A stretch of 64,000 bases of DNA from Hormiphora californensis (GCA_020137815.1 CM035352.1:2728001-2792000), one strand, 5' to 3'; positions 28,540 through 40,476 are shown, counted from the first letter of the stretch. Translations and numbers: made by a program. Notes: generated by a model not told the origin, from the sequence alone.

Positions 28540-29106
28540 TCGCCTAGGAAAAGTTGAGATTATTTCGTGATATTTGCAAGGCAATGCAGTAAGAAAAGGG
28601 TGCTGAAACGAAACAAAAACAGGCGAAAACAAAATTTAAAAAAGGTGCTTAAAAAAAGAGAAAATCGAACGAAATTTTTTAAAAGTTTATGCTTAGCTGA
28701 GCCGCGCATTAAATGGCAGGGCTTTAACATTTTAATCTGCGCGTTACATCAATCGTGTCGCGCACGCCGCTCTGATAAAATGTCAAATTTATTATTTTTA
28801 ACTTTAAACTTTTCGTTGTTGCTTTCTTCCAGGCCCCGTTTGTTTCTGTCAACCTCGGGGCCTGGCCCAGCCTCCTTAGCTCCTTACACGGTCGCTTGTA
28901 GTGGGAAAACGGTAATGGAAAACGAAGATACAGTAAGACGACGCGCAACCGTGACCAATCAGGGCGCTAGTACGTGCTGACACATGAACTTTTTGCCACG
29001 CGTTATGCACCGTGCGCGTCTCCTTACTGTATTTTGCGTTACCGTATTTTGACTGCAAGCAGCACTGTAAGCAAAACATCACAAAATAATATTTTTTCCT
29101 AGTCGA

Positions 29107-30801
29107 ATGTCTGTGGAAGAAGAAAAAGATGACAGTGAACTATTCAGTAATCAGTATGAGTTCACCTGTTCAGCATGCAACTTTTCCTGTCAAACAGCTG
29201 ACCAGTACAACACTCACATGTCCCAACGACATAGCTTCCTTCCCGACCATCGCTGCTACCACTGCGCCTTTAGGAGTAAGGAGTTTGGAGAGTTTACAGC
29301 TCACATCCGGCGATTTCATCCTGAGTTGTTGGAGTCTGAAGAAGAGGAGGAGAGTGAAAGGGAGGTGGAAGATGACAGGGCGGAGTGTATGTACTGTGAC
29401 TTCAAGGATACCTGTCAAATCAGGGTATTGGAACACATGAAAACTCACAGGGAGGGTGGAGGAAAGCGGGCACGGCAGTCTGATAAACTGTTCTGCTCCC
29501 AGTGCACCTACACAACAACGGATCGCTCCAAATTGTCCAACCATGTTAACTCCGAGCACACCTCAAAGACTGCATCTAAAAGAGAAATACCCGATAAAAA
29601 GGTAGCACTCATCGAAAATGAACGAAATGGTCAGAGAGTACCTGAAAAAAATATAACATGTCCCAAATGTCGGTTTATTGCAACTGGAAGATTTGCCGCC
29701 CAAACCATTGCAAAGCACATCAAGTTACACTCAGTGACGACGGGCCCGACATATGTCTGTAGGTACTGTGACTATTTGAGTAAGGCGAAGGAGTCTCAAC
29801 ATACCCACGCTCGACAGTTTCACAAAGGGAAGGCACCGATCTTTGACATTAAAACGCCTGATAAGGGTCCTTTGATGCCACCCACTTCCGATCCCACTGG
29901 CTGCCAAACAATACCCCAGTGCGAGTCTTTACCGGTGATACCGACGCCTAATACAGATCAGATCTCCAAGGCTACACCAGTTAAACAGACAACCACTACT
30001 CAAAATGATAGCTCATCTGACAGTGATTCAAGTATAATGCCAACTGGAGAACAGATATCGTGCCCTAGGTGCGAATACACAACACACTCTAAAGCGGGTA
30101 TGAAGATTCACATAGCGTTACATGACTCTGATGGAGTAGTGTATAAGTGTCCGTATTGTTCCTATCTGAATAGAACCATGTCCAAACAGCGGAAACACAA
30201 AAGAAAATTCCATCCTGGTCTTCCTATGCTGGTTAAAACTAAACCGATAGAGACTACATGCCTGAATAATGCATCTGAAGCCCAGGTTCAGAATTTAAAG
30301 AAGTGTCCTGAATGTGAGTATACCAGAACGGGAGAGACGGCAGGTCATTACATCAAGAAACATCTTGAAGTCCACAAGTCTCCATGGTGTTACAAGTGTA
30401 ATTATTGCCCTTTTATTAACCTATCATATGTAGGGCAGAAGCAGCATGTCATCCAGAAACATCCTGGACTTCCACTGAATCTGGAACCCCACCCATTAGA
30501 CACTTCAGATAGATTGGGTTTGGGACGGCCGGAGCGTAATAAACATATTAAAACTTTGTTTGGGAACGGTGAAACAGGGTCTAGCAAGGCAACTAAAACT
30601 ACTAAAAGTACCAAACCTATCAAAAGAAAAAGGGGCAGACCTAGGAAGGTTCGGAGAAATCCTAAAAAAGAGGAAGAAAATAATGAGGTGGTGATGAAAT
30701 GTGAAGATGAAGAACAGTATCATGATCAGTATGGTAACATGGAGAGTGCCGATGAATTGGATTTGAGTGAGAGTGAATTTGGGAAAATTATTGGGTTATG
30801 A
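29107..30801 (+). CDS. Intronless C2H2 zinc-finger protein with C-terminal AT-hook (564 aa)
   Basis: Intact ORF with about ten C2H2-type fingers and KRKRGRPRK near the C-terminus. Confidence 0.9.
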   Translation: MSVEEEKDDSELFSNQYEFTCSACNFSCQTADQYNTHMSQRHSFLPDHRCYHCAFRSKEFGEFTAHIRRFHPELLESEEEEESEREVEDDRAECMYCDFKDTCQIRVLEHMKTHREGGGKRARQSDKLFCSQCTYTTTDRSKLSNHVNSEHTSKTASKREIPDKKVALIENERNGQRVPEKNITCPKCRFIATGRFAAQTIAKHIKLHSVTTGPTYVCRYCDYLSKAKESQHTHARQFHKGKAPIFDIKTPDKGPLMPPTSDPTGCQTIPQCESLPVIPTPNTDQISKATPVKQTTTTQNDSSSDSDSSIMPTGEQISCPRCEYTTHSKAGMKIHIALHDSDGVVYKCPYCSYLNRTMSKQRKHKRKFHPGLPMLVKTKPIETTCLNNASEAQVQNLKKCPECEYTRTGETAGHYIKKHLEVHKSPWCYKCNYCPFINLSYVGQKQHVIQKHPGLPLNLEPHPLDTSDRLGLGRPERNKHIKTLFGNGETGSSKATKTTKSTKPIKRKRGRPRKVRRNPKKEEENNEVVMKCEDEEQYHDQYGNMESADELDLSESEFGKIIGL

Positions 30802-30985
30802 AAGTAGTTACTATTTTGGTTTTTAGCATACTTTTTATTTATTCAGCATACTTTTTATTTAGTAATTTTAACGATTTTTGGCAGCCGTGTTTTACTTTAT
30901 TGCATATGATACATCCTCGCCCTCTTCTCCCATTAAATTATATGCCTGACCCCGATAACTAACCCCCCGAAATCTCTAGCTCGAA

Positions 30986-32082
30986 ATGTCTCTTCCATCA
31001 AGTTCGAAGCAGTCAGTTGATATAATAGAGATTGAGCCAAGTGAGAAGCTCTACTTCACAGGACCGTTTACTGAGATATCTAAAACACACATTACATTAA
31101 AGAACTTGACTTTCAAATACATTGTCTTCAAGGTTTGTAGTGTATTTCTCTGATTTATATTCGCCACTGTTCTGATTTTGAAATGAACTACTCATAACTC
31201 TGTACTCACAACCCTTCTTCCGCTCCCCTCAGATAAAAACAACAGAGCCCAAGCGGTACTGTGTCCGACCCAACCTGGGAGTAATTGGTCCCCAGCAAAG
31301 CCTGACAGTAACAGTGATCCTCCAGCCCACTGATGACAGTATTCTAGGATGTCAGGGACTGCACAAGTTCCTAGTCCTCCACTCCGTCAAGGAGGATATG
31401 GACCAATCCAAACCTGTGACGTCAGAGGTGTGGTCGAGTATCAACCCTGCCCTGATATTCCACAATAAAATCAGGTGCTTCTTCGAGACTGTGGAGCAGG
31501 GAGAGGAAAGGAAGAGGAATGAGAAGCAGGAAGTGAAGGTTGAAACGCTACTGGATGCAACCAAAATGGTAGGGAGTAGTGAATCTTTCTGAATCATGCA
31601 CACCATTGCCTATATATCTTCCCTGAATATCTGCCAACTATCTTTCTCTCTCTCATGATCTCCTGCTGACTCCACCAGTCACCAACTATATTACCCCCCC
31701 CCCCCAGATTGGTGATCTGAAATCCCGTATTGAGGAAGTTCAACGACAAAACTCCAAACTAACAATCAGTGTAAGTTAGAACTTAGAGGGTCTGTACTCG
31801 GTACTCCTTCCTTCTACTTTGTTCATCCTCTTGCACTATAATTAAAATTAATTATGTTATTTCTATACGAGTTACCGCCAGCAGGCAGCAACACTGCTTA
31901 TCTCCTCTCCGTTTTATCATGTCTACCTCCCTTGCTGCACCCTGACACCCACTATCATGTTACAGCTAAAAGACACACAAAAACGATTGGACATCGCCCT
32001 CAAGCCCTCCCAGTTTCCTGACCTACTAATTTACATAACAATTGGAATTCTTGGCTGGTTATTTGCCAAGTTTGTCATGTAA
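30986..32082 (+). CDS. VAP-family (MSP domain, coiled coil, C-terminal TM) protein; exons 30986-31132, 31233-31568, 31708-31770, 31966-32082
   Basis: IEPSEKLYFTGPF...VFK|IKTTEPKRYCVRPNLG is the VAP signature (FKVKTTAPRRYCVRPNSG-like). C-terminal anchor LLIYITIGILGWLFAKFVM. Confidence 0.88.
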
Positions 32083-32329
32083 AGTAATAACTATATGGAC
32101 AGATCTTAGTTGATTAATTAATGTTAGAATTCTAAGAGTTTCTTTATTTTGTAAATGTTTATGATGAAGTTATCTGAGAGCTTGATGATTTAATTGAATA
32201 ATGAATGGATGAATAATATGTGTTTGTTTTATAATTTTAGTCTGTACAGTTATATGTAATTTACACAAATTATCTTTATTTGCTAGAAACTTTGTAAAAA
32301 TATATTAACAACTGAGCAACCTTGTTAAT

Positions 32330-33270
32330 TTAAAAGCGAGAATAGTAGATCACAGGTCCCCTTATTACCCCTCCAAAGACCCGTATCACAACCTTTAAAA
32401 TCATTAAAATCGGAGAGTCCTGGGTTATTTCCAACCCAACACTCTGCACAGAAAACATATCGTAAATTGTCCCCATTGCCGCAGTCACCAAGTCCATGTT
32501 TAGCAGATAGTGAAGAAGAAGAGAAAAGTTGGTTATAAAACTGGAAATAATAAGACACCAAACAAGCACTTTTGTAGCAGTTTCACACAAACTACCACGT
32601 GTCCTACATCTCACTATTACTCCTACTACATTCCACAACATTGAGCAGACTTGAATGTGAAGTAGAAGTGTCAGAAACAGCCCTGGAAGGGTATAAAATA
32701 ACAGAAATAGTTGACCCTTCCACGATATAGTGTTACCGGGCGGGATAGAGTGTGATGTTATAACATTGATAACATGTTCCAACCACGTCAAATAGCTCGG
32801 GGGGATGGCTGTGTTAAAACATGTCTTATCAACCCGCCACCACTTTTCTCTGTAAATAAAATGGAGGTAGGAAGCGAGGGAGAGGAAGGAAGTAGTAAGG
32901 AGAGTTAAGAGCACAGTTTTTAACAGCAGTCCAGTGCAGCATGTGGGAGATGACGTGTGGCGGTTTGGGGTACTGTAGTATGGTACACAGGTGTAACCAT
33001 TATCATGTTGCTGGTCTAGTTGTTGTTGGTGGTAGAATAACCGTGCTACTTTCTTTATTCTTATCGCCTGAAACAATACAGTTGCAGGAACCGACCGAAA
33101 CAAGTAAACAACCAATCAGAATTCGTTATTTAGGTCACGTGACTGGTTATCAGCCAATCAGGGACCAGTATTTTCTGATTCGGTCGGTTCATAATAGAGT
33201 TCTGATAGATCTTTAGATTGATTGTGTGTTAGTATTGAGTAGTGAGACAAGTAGATACCTCAGTGTACAT
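32330..33270 (-). CDS. Multi-pass membrane protein of unknown family (~249 aa); exons 33270-33259, 33067-32330
   Basis: 12-nt first exon ATGTACACTGAG|gt joins in frame to the acceptor at 33068. Several hydrophobic helices. The listed ORF start lies inside a MITE and is spurious. Confidence 0.6.
33086..33190. mobile_element. Short MITE (~105 bp) in intron 1 of the membrane-protein gene
   Basis: TIRs gaaccgaccgaa / ttcggtcggttc; internal ccaatcag motifs and ggtcacgtgac. Confidence 0.75.
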
Positions 33271-33342
33271 GTGGTCATGACATGATACCTAACTATCATT
33301 AGGATCTACAGCTGTAGATCGAAAAATGTAATGGTTTGGGAA

Positions 33343-34109
33343 CAGTGGCGTAGCCAGGGTTTTGAGCATGGTAGTGCATTAAGAATTTGAAGTAGTGCAC
33401 CTTTAATGACGGAAAATTTTACCAATTTTTGTCGACTTTTGACAATCTGAGAGCAATTTGAAACAATATGAAGGAGGCACAGCCCCCACGGGCAGGGTCC
33501 AGGGGCTGCAAGCCCTGGCGGGGGCGTGGGGCGAAGCCCCCGGAAATTTTTCCTGATTTTTGTCAATTTTGACAATCTGAGAGCATATTGAATATATTAA
33601 TTGAGGCAATATGACGGGGAGAAAGCGCCCACGAGCAGGGTCCAGGGATTGTAAGCCCTGGTGGAGGCGTGGGGCGAAGCCCCCTGGAAATTTTTTCCCG
33701 ATTTTTATCAATTTTGACAATCTGAGAACAATTTGAACACAATCACGCAAACCAAGAAGGGTAATACACCATGGATAGCACAATCCTAGCAATTGGGTTG
33801 TGTGCTCTTATCCCATCGAGGCAGGAAACGCATGGTACTGGCGATTGCTCTCTATAAACATGTCACCTGAACCCCTCTCTTTTTCTCATTCTTTGTGCTT
33901 TATCTCTATTTGTTTGGGATTCAGTGTCGTATATTACATCTCAAAGTTCAAACGCTAATTTCAAGTTTATATCCTACCGAACTCCGAAGTAGTGCAATTT
34001 CGATAAAAATTTAGGCGTGGTAGTGCAAATCACGAAAATTTGAGGTAGTGCAGTTGGGAGCGCTCAGGTAGTGCAATGCACGTTTGCACATACCCTGGCT
34101 ACGCCACTG
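33343..34109. mobile_element. Non-autonomous hAT-type MITE
   Basis: Perfect 18-bp TIR CAGTGGCGTAGCCAGGGT; 8-bp TSD TTTGGGAA at 33335-33342 and 34110-34117; internal ~150-180-bp direct repeat. CAG ends with an 8-bp TSD are typical of hAT. Confidence 0.9.
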
Positions 34110-35165
34110 TTTGGGAAATTAGAACATGAGTTTTTGTTGTGTATGTGCGTGAGACAATTCTACCATCTTACAAAACATATTATTCCACGGATCAGTATGT
34201 GAAAGAGGAACTAGGAAGAAGCACGCACGGTGTGGGGCTACATCACGTGCAGTGTTATCTCACTCTTTTTCTCAACAGGTTTCACCATTCACTGTTTTGT
34301 TTACCTCGGCCCTTCGGCCCCACTTTTGCTCCTCTCTCTGTAAAGTCCGTCTGTGGACTGTTTCCCGGCCTGTACTGTCCAAATATGGTGTTAGGGAGTC
34401 TGTGTCTGTACTGGCTGTCGAGGATAGCATACTAAGTGCGAGGGAGAGATATAGTCGAGCAAGGCAGAGCTATGGATTTATATCAATGAATTCCTACTAT
34501 CAAGATGTCATGAGGGGTCTGAGACTGCTAAACAAAGAGTGTATCAGTTACAAAGACCGTTATTTGTGTGAGCCTACAGCCTCTATCATACTGTTAAGGG
34601 TGATTAAGAGATAGAAAGACAAATACTAATAGAGAGAGAGATAATGAGGGTTTTAGCGGTAAGAAAGAGAGAGAGAGATAATGAGGGTTTTAGCGGTTCA
34701 CATGTATCGACATATCGGCATATTGCATCAACATATTGTTATTGTGAAATGTAATACATGAGAAATATCCTGGCACGCCCCATATAGATCCTTATCTTGA
34801 GTATCCATGGTGACCGCACTGGGCCATGGTGTCTCACTATTCAGTGGACAAGGAGAGTAGCAAGAACGCCACTACATTACTCTCTTTTGCAAAATCCTAC
34901 TCTTTCTACGTTTTAGGATTACAGATCTGTAGTGTATTTTCTTTGGTGTTGCTTGACTTGCTCGATCTTTCACACCCTCTCTTTCTAGTAAAGGACACCT
35001 TTTTTGTCATCACAATCCCTTCCGACGGAAGACTTCCGTGTTGTCTTTAGTAGTTGTCTTTCATCAAAAACCCTCTCTAATGTTAGTTGTTACTAATTGA
35101 CCCTCTCCTAACGATTCCCCTCCTCCGAGCTATCCTAACCTCTGCTAACCCCCTCCCAGAGTGCC

Positions 35166-38100
35166 ATGGCTCGAGGCTCCCACTCAATTCAGAACGAGTC
35201 GGAGCCGCTCCTTTCAGCCTCGGACGATGAAGAGCTTGATGGGCCACCCCGGGACCACTACTCTCTCTCCTACATCGCCATGATAGTGTTCGGTCTCTCC
35301 GCTCTTCTTCCCTGGAACATGTTCATCACTGCTACCAGCTATTTCGAGACAAAGTTTGCTACCGGCAGCCCTTTTATCAAGAACCAGTATGAGAATTTCT
35401 TCACGATATTCTCACAAATCACATCGGTGGCATTTCTGTTCATCAACGTGCACCTCCAGAGTCGGTTCAGTGCGTTCTCCAGAATCATGGTTACCCTGGT
35501 AACGATGTTGGTGTTGTTCACTATGACAACGGTGCTTAGCAAGGTCAACACAACGGAATGGACAGACGGGTTCTTTGCTCTTACATTGGTGACGATAGTG
35601 CTGTTTAATGCGTGTACAGGGGTATTTCAGGGTGGTATATTCGGTCTGGCTGCATCCTTCACACCTCGCCACACTCAGGTAACAGCTTCAATTATAGAGA
35701 TATTTGAACATCACTTTCGTTTCACAGTTGGGTCAGAAGGTTTAAAAGCGACTTGAGGGTAGGTGAAAGATAACATGAGGCGGTTTTTTAGTACAGGGAG
35801 GGGGTGAAGTGTCAATTTACAGCTGTCTTATCAACACCATGCATATTATTCTGTGATGCAGGCGTGCTATCTAGAAATCCGAGAAAAGTGTCCTGGAGTA
35901 TTTTCTAGATTTATGGTTTCAGCCGTTAATACCCCTCCCTTATTTCAGGGGTTTATGAGTGGTCAGGGAGTAGCAGGAATCTTTGCAAGCGTTGCCAGTA
36001 TCATTTCCCTAGCCGTAACACATGGTAAGATTACTGAATGCTTCTTGATGACTAACTGAACACTAATAACAATGACCTTTTGTAGCGAGTTCATTTCTAT
36101 TACTACAGGAAAGAGTACTACATATAATCCCCCTATTTTACAAAATATCGACCCTGAAGCAAGTACAGAACTCTAAAATCCCCCGTTTTTTAGGTGACGA
36201 TCCTGTGGCGAGTGGATTCTATTATTTCTTTGCAGCAACTGTTGTCATAGTACTCTCTATGGCGATGTACCCCATATTCCTACAGCTCCCGATCTCTAAA
36301 TTCTACCTGGATCAAGTAGTGGACGAGGTTAGTCTGTCTGTAGAGTCCTCCCTCTGACGAGGTTTGTTTGTCTGTAGAGTGCTCTCTCTGTTCGTTTGTC
36401 TGTAGAGTCCTCCCTCTGACGAAGTTCGTTTGTCTGTAGAGTCCTCCCTCTGACGAGGTTAGTCTGTCTGTAGAGTCCTCTCTCTGACGAGGTTCGTTTG
36501 TCTGTAGAGTCCTCCCTCTGACGAGGTTAGTCTGTCTGTAGAGTCCTCCCTCTGACGAGGTTAGTCTGTCTGTAGAGTCCTCCCTCTGACGAGGTTAGTT
36601 AGTCTGTAGAGTCCTACCTCTGACGAGGTTCGTTTGTCTGTAGTCCTCCCTCTGACGAGGTTCGTCTGTCTGTAGAGTCCTCCCTCTGACGAGGTTCGTT
36701 TGTCTGTAGAGTCCTCCCTCTGACGAGGTTTGTTTGTCTGTAGAGTCCTCTCTCTGTTCGTTTGTCTGTAGAGTCCTCCCTCTGACGAGATTCGTTTGTC
36801 TGTAGAGTCCTCCCTCTGACGAGGTTAGTCTGTCTGTAGAGTCCTCCCTCTGACGAGGTTAGTCTGTCTGTAGAGTCCTCCCTCTGACGAGGTTAGTCTG
36901 TCTGTAGAGTCCTCCCTCTGACGAGGTTAGTCTGTCTGTAGAGTCCTCTCTCTGACGAGGTTAGTTAGTCTGTAGAGTCCTACCTCTGACGAGGTTCGTT
37001 TGTCTGTAGAGTCCTACCTCTGACGAGGTTCGTTTGTCTGTAGTCCTCCCTCTGACGAGGTTCGTTTGTCTGTAGAGTCCTCCCTCTGACGAGGTTCGTT
37101 TGTCTGTAGAGTCCTCCCTCTGACGAGGTTCGTTTGTCTGTAGAGTCCTCCCTCTGACGAGGTTAGTTAGTCTGTAGAGTCCTCCCTCTGACGAGGTTAG
37201 TCTGTCTGTAGAGTCCTCCCTCTGACGAGGTTTGTCTGTAGAGTCCTCCCTCTGTACCAGACCTGAGTAGCAGTGCCATCCCTTGTAGGGAACTACTCTA
37301 CCATTTTGTTTGTTTGTCTGTCTGTGTCAGACTATTATAAAACTTTACAGAGGGCACTCTCAGTTTTACATCATGTATTACTGAAGTGTACACTGGAAGT
37401 TTACGACTGTTCTATGTCGGTAAACCGTTTACTGTTGAACCCAGTCCTTATCCAGTATCAAGCTTACACTTTCCCTGTCTTTGGACTGCAACCAAACCAA
37501 TACAGCATGATTCACACACTTACACACATAAACTATGTCTTGAGATCCGAGAGCTAAATTCGTGAAAACTCAAATAGGTCTCACCTAACTGACAATGTTG
37601 CACAGCCCATACCATGACACGTGTGCTATACACGTGGGTAATTAGATAACTTTCTGCGTGCTCCCAGAGTCCCAATTGGACGTCCACTGATCTATACTGT
37701 ACATGTGCTGTTTGTCTGTGTACTAATTTAGAAAGTACCATCAGTATATCTTCTTTCTACGTTTCTCTCTACTTCTCTTTACTTCTTTCTATTTCTCTCT
37801 ACTTCTCTATAATTCTTTCTATTTCTCTCTACTTCTCTCTTCATTTCCGGTACACGGCTCAATTAAAAGTAGCTCACTAATCACTCGACTTTCAATTATT
37901 GTGGACGGGTCTGTAAATAATCTCTACATCAAGTCTACACCTCAATTAAATGTTTTAATAATCCCTTCCAGTGATAACCACTGCTAAGTTCAACCTCCGT
38001 CCAACTATTTCCAGTTCTAACCATCCCAGCCCTGCGCTAACCATTCCAACACTGTTCCAACCCTGTTCTAACCATCCCAACCCTGATTCTAACCACTCCC

Positions 38101-38678
38101 AGCTAACCACCCTTCTTTTTCAGTTATCCCACTCCTTCCGGTCGCCCACTGTATCAACCATGTCGATAATCAAGAGGATAAAATGGATGTTATTCTCTGT
38201 CTGGTTCACATTTACTGTCTCCCTGTCTGTATTCCCCGCTCTAACAGCCTCTATAAAGAGTGTCACGGCTGACACACCTCTCACTACAACCTACTGGACC
38301 CCAGTCACCTGCTTTCTCCTCTTCAATTTCGGTGATTTTGTAGGACGAACAGTAGCCGGATCTGTTCAACTTCTCAACCAACGGTGGCTTGTCATCTTGA
38401 CAGTAGCCCGGGTAGTCTTTATACCACTGTTTGCGTTGTGCAACACCCCCGGGACAGCCCATGCTATGTGGTTTGATAGCGATGTCTACCCCATTCTCTT
38501 TATGAGTCTATTCTCTCTCACTAACGGGTACTTTGCTAGTTTGGCGATGATGTATGGCCCTTCTCTGGTGCCACCCGGACCTGAGTCCAGCACAGCAGGG
38601 GCATACATGGCATTCGGGCTCGGAACGGGTCTTATGACAGGGGCCTTTTTATCGTTTGCAGTGAACGCTGTATTATAA
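35166..38678 (+). CDS. Equilibrative nucleoside transporter (SLC29/ENT); exons 35166-35678, 35949-36024, 36194-36327, 38124-38678
   Basis: PRDHY..YIAMIVFGLSALLPWNMFITA, MSGQGVAGIF, FTVSLSVFP, FLLFNFGDFVGR and FSLTNGY are ENT signatures. Phases are consistent. Confidence 0.93.
36328..37254 (+). repeat. 34-bp intronic minisatellite GTTAGTCTGTCTGTAGAGTCCTCCCTCTGACGAG, ~28 copies, starting exactly at the ENT exon-3 donor
   Basis: Directly visible. Variant units recur (28-nt units at 36362 and 36728; 32-nt units at 36628 and 37028). Confidence 0.95.
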
Positions 38679-39046
38679 GTGGCATGGGAACTTTTTAAAC
38701 ACTCATGGGGACTTGCATGACTTTCATTTTTCATGTTTTTTGTCAGGTATAATTGTATGCAGTATTTTGGAGGACGAGAGAAACTTTGTTTGATTATTTC
38801 TAATCTGTTGTGTGTCCGTATATTTATTTGTTTCGAGTATCCAAATCTTGCATTCTAAATGGCCTACTTCAACATTACTCCTCTGGGACTTCGTAGCATG
38901 AAGAATGCATCGGTGGCACGCGCGAGACAGAACATGGTGTTTGTCTCGCGCATTAGATTTGGAACGCGCAAAAGACTAACGCGCAGTTATACAATAAGAT
39001 GGCGCGCATGCGATTAAAATTTAGAAAATCAGGATGAAATTTCATA

Positions 39047-40443
39047 AGGAACCATAATAAAGTTCAAGAGCGTACCCTATCCAAGAGCGCACCACCTCCA
39101 AAAGACACCACTTCAAGAGCGGGTAAGTCGGAAAAACGTGTCCGTTTGTCTCATGAGGCCTCATGAGGCGCCTCATGAGACCTCATGAGGCACTCATGAG
39201 GCGCCTCATGAGGCCTCATGAGACATTTTCAGCTGTTTTAGTGCCTCATGAGGCCTCATGAGACATCATGAGGCGCCTCATGAGGCACTCATGAGGCCTC
39301 ATGAGGCCTCATGAGACACTGCTCATGAGGCCTCATGAGACATGTGCCTCATCCCGACTTTGTTTTGATGTCTCATGAGGCCTCATGAGCAGTTTTGACA
39401 TGAGGCATGTCTCATGAGGCCTCATGAGGCATATCTCATGAAACCTTAAAGTTAGTATAGCTATAGGATTAGGGTTAGGGTTAGGAATAGGGTTAGAGTT
39501 AGGACCGGGTTTCTGTTCCAGTTAGGAGTACGAACCTAACCACTAAGCCCTAACCACTAAGCCTAGGGGTTAACCCCAACCAATAGGCGTAGGCCTAGAA
39601 GTCTATCCTTAACCCTAACATTAACCCTAACCTTAATCCTAATACCAACCTAAAGTTAGGGTTAGGATTAGTGTTTGGGTTAAGGATTGAACCCTAGGCC
39701 TTGGACCTAGGTTTATCATATAGTCATAAAAGTTTGGGGTTAACCCCTAGGCCTAGTGGTTAGGCTCGTACCCCTAACTGGAACCGAAACCCGGTGCTAA
39801 CTCTAACCCTAGCCTTAACCCTATATGGCTATACTAACTCTAAGGTGTCATGAGATATGCCTCATGAGGCCTCATGAGACATCAAAACAAAGTCGGGATG
39901 AGGCACATGTCTCATGAGGCCTCATGAGCAGTGTCTCATGAGGCCTCATGAGGCCTCATGAGTGCCTCATGAGGCGCCTCATGATGTCTCATGAGGCCTC
40001 ATGAGGCACTAAAACAGCTGAAAATGTCTCATGAGGCCTCATGAGGCGCCTCATGAGTGCCTCATGAGGTCTCATGAGGCGCCTCATGAGGCCTCATGAG
40101 ACAAACGGACACGTTCTTCCGACTTACCCAAGAGCGCACCACATCAAAGAGAGCTCCCCATACAGAAGATACCGCGCGCAGGGGACACCACGCGCAGAAG
40201 AGACCGCACGCGCAAATACAACGCCGCGCTGGTCTCTTCTGCGCGTGGTGTCCCCTGCGCGTGGTATCTTCTGGATGGGGAGCTCTCTTTGATGTGGTGC
40301 GCTCTTGAAGTGGTGTCTTCTGGAGGTGGTGTGCTCTTGGATGTGGTCTCTTTTGGGTGTGGTGCGCTCTCAGGTGTGGTCTCTCTTCGATCGGGTGCGC
40401 TCTTGGGTGCTCTTGGAGGCTCTTGAACTTTATTATGGTTCCT
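39047..40443. mobile_element. Palindromic MITE with TA target duplication (host of a nested element)
   Basis: TIR AGGAACCATAATAAAGTTCAAGAGC / GCTCTTGAACTTTATTATGGTTCCT flanked by TA; long imperfect arms; central hairpin ~40140-40300. Confidence 0.85.
39122..40128. mobile_element. Nested fold-back MITE, Merlin-like (GG termini, 8-bp TSD)
   Basis: Ends GGTAAGTCGGAA / TTCCGACTTACC; TSD CAAGAGCG at 39114-39121 and 40129-40136. The empty site is preserved in the host's opposite arm. Arms consist of CCTCATGAGG units; the centre is TTAGGG/CCCTAA-like. Confidence 0.8.
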
Positions 40444-40476
40444 TATCCAAAAATCAGAAGTTTTCGTTTTCCTGAG

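Noticed and set aside
23919-30723. Antisense and alternative-frame ORFs over the zinc-finger genes (likewise over ENT, KDM1A, FSIP1, ATP13A)
   Set aside because: Shadow ORFs of real coding sequence without independent support.
34631-34697. Short direct duplication agagagagagataatgagggttttagcggt
   Set aside because: Simple two-copy slippage with no evident function.
36328-37254. CRISPR-like 34-bp repeats
   Set aside because: Units are directly tandem with no unique spacers, there are no cas genes, and the context is a eukaryotic intron.
39466-39830. True telomere or chromosome-fusion site
   Set aside because: Repeats are short, degenerate and enclosed within a TSD-flanked element.
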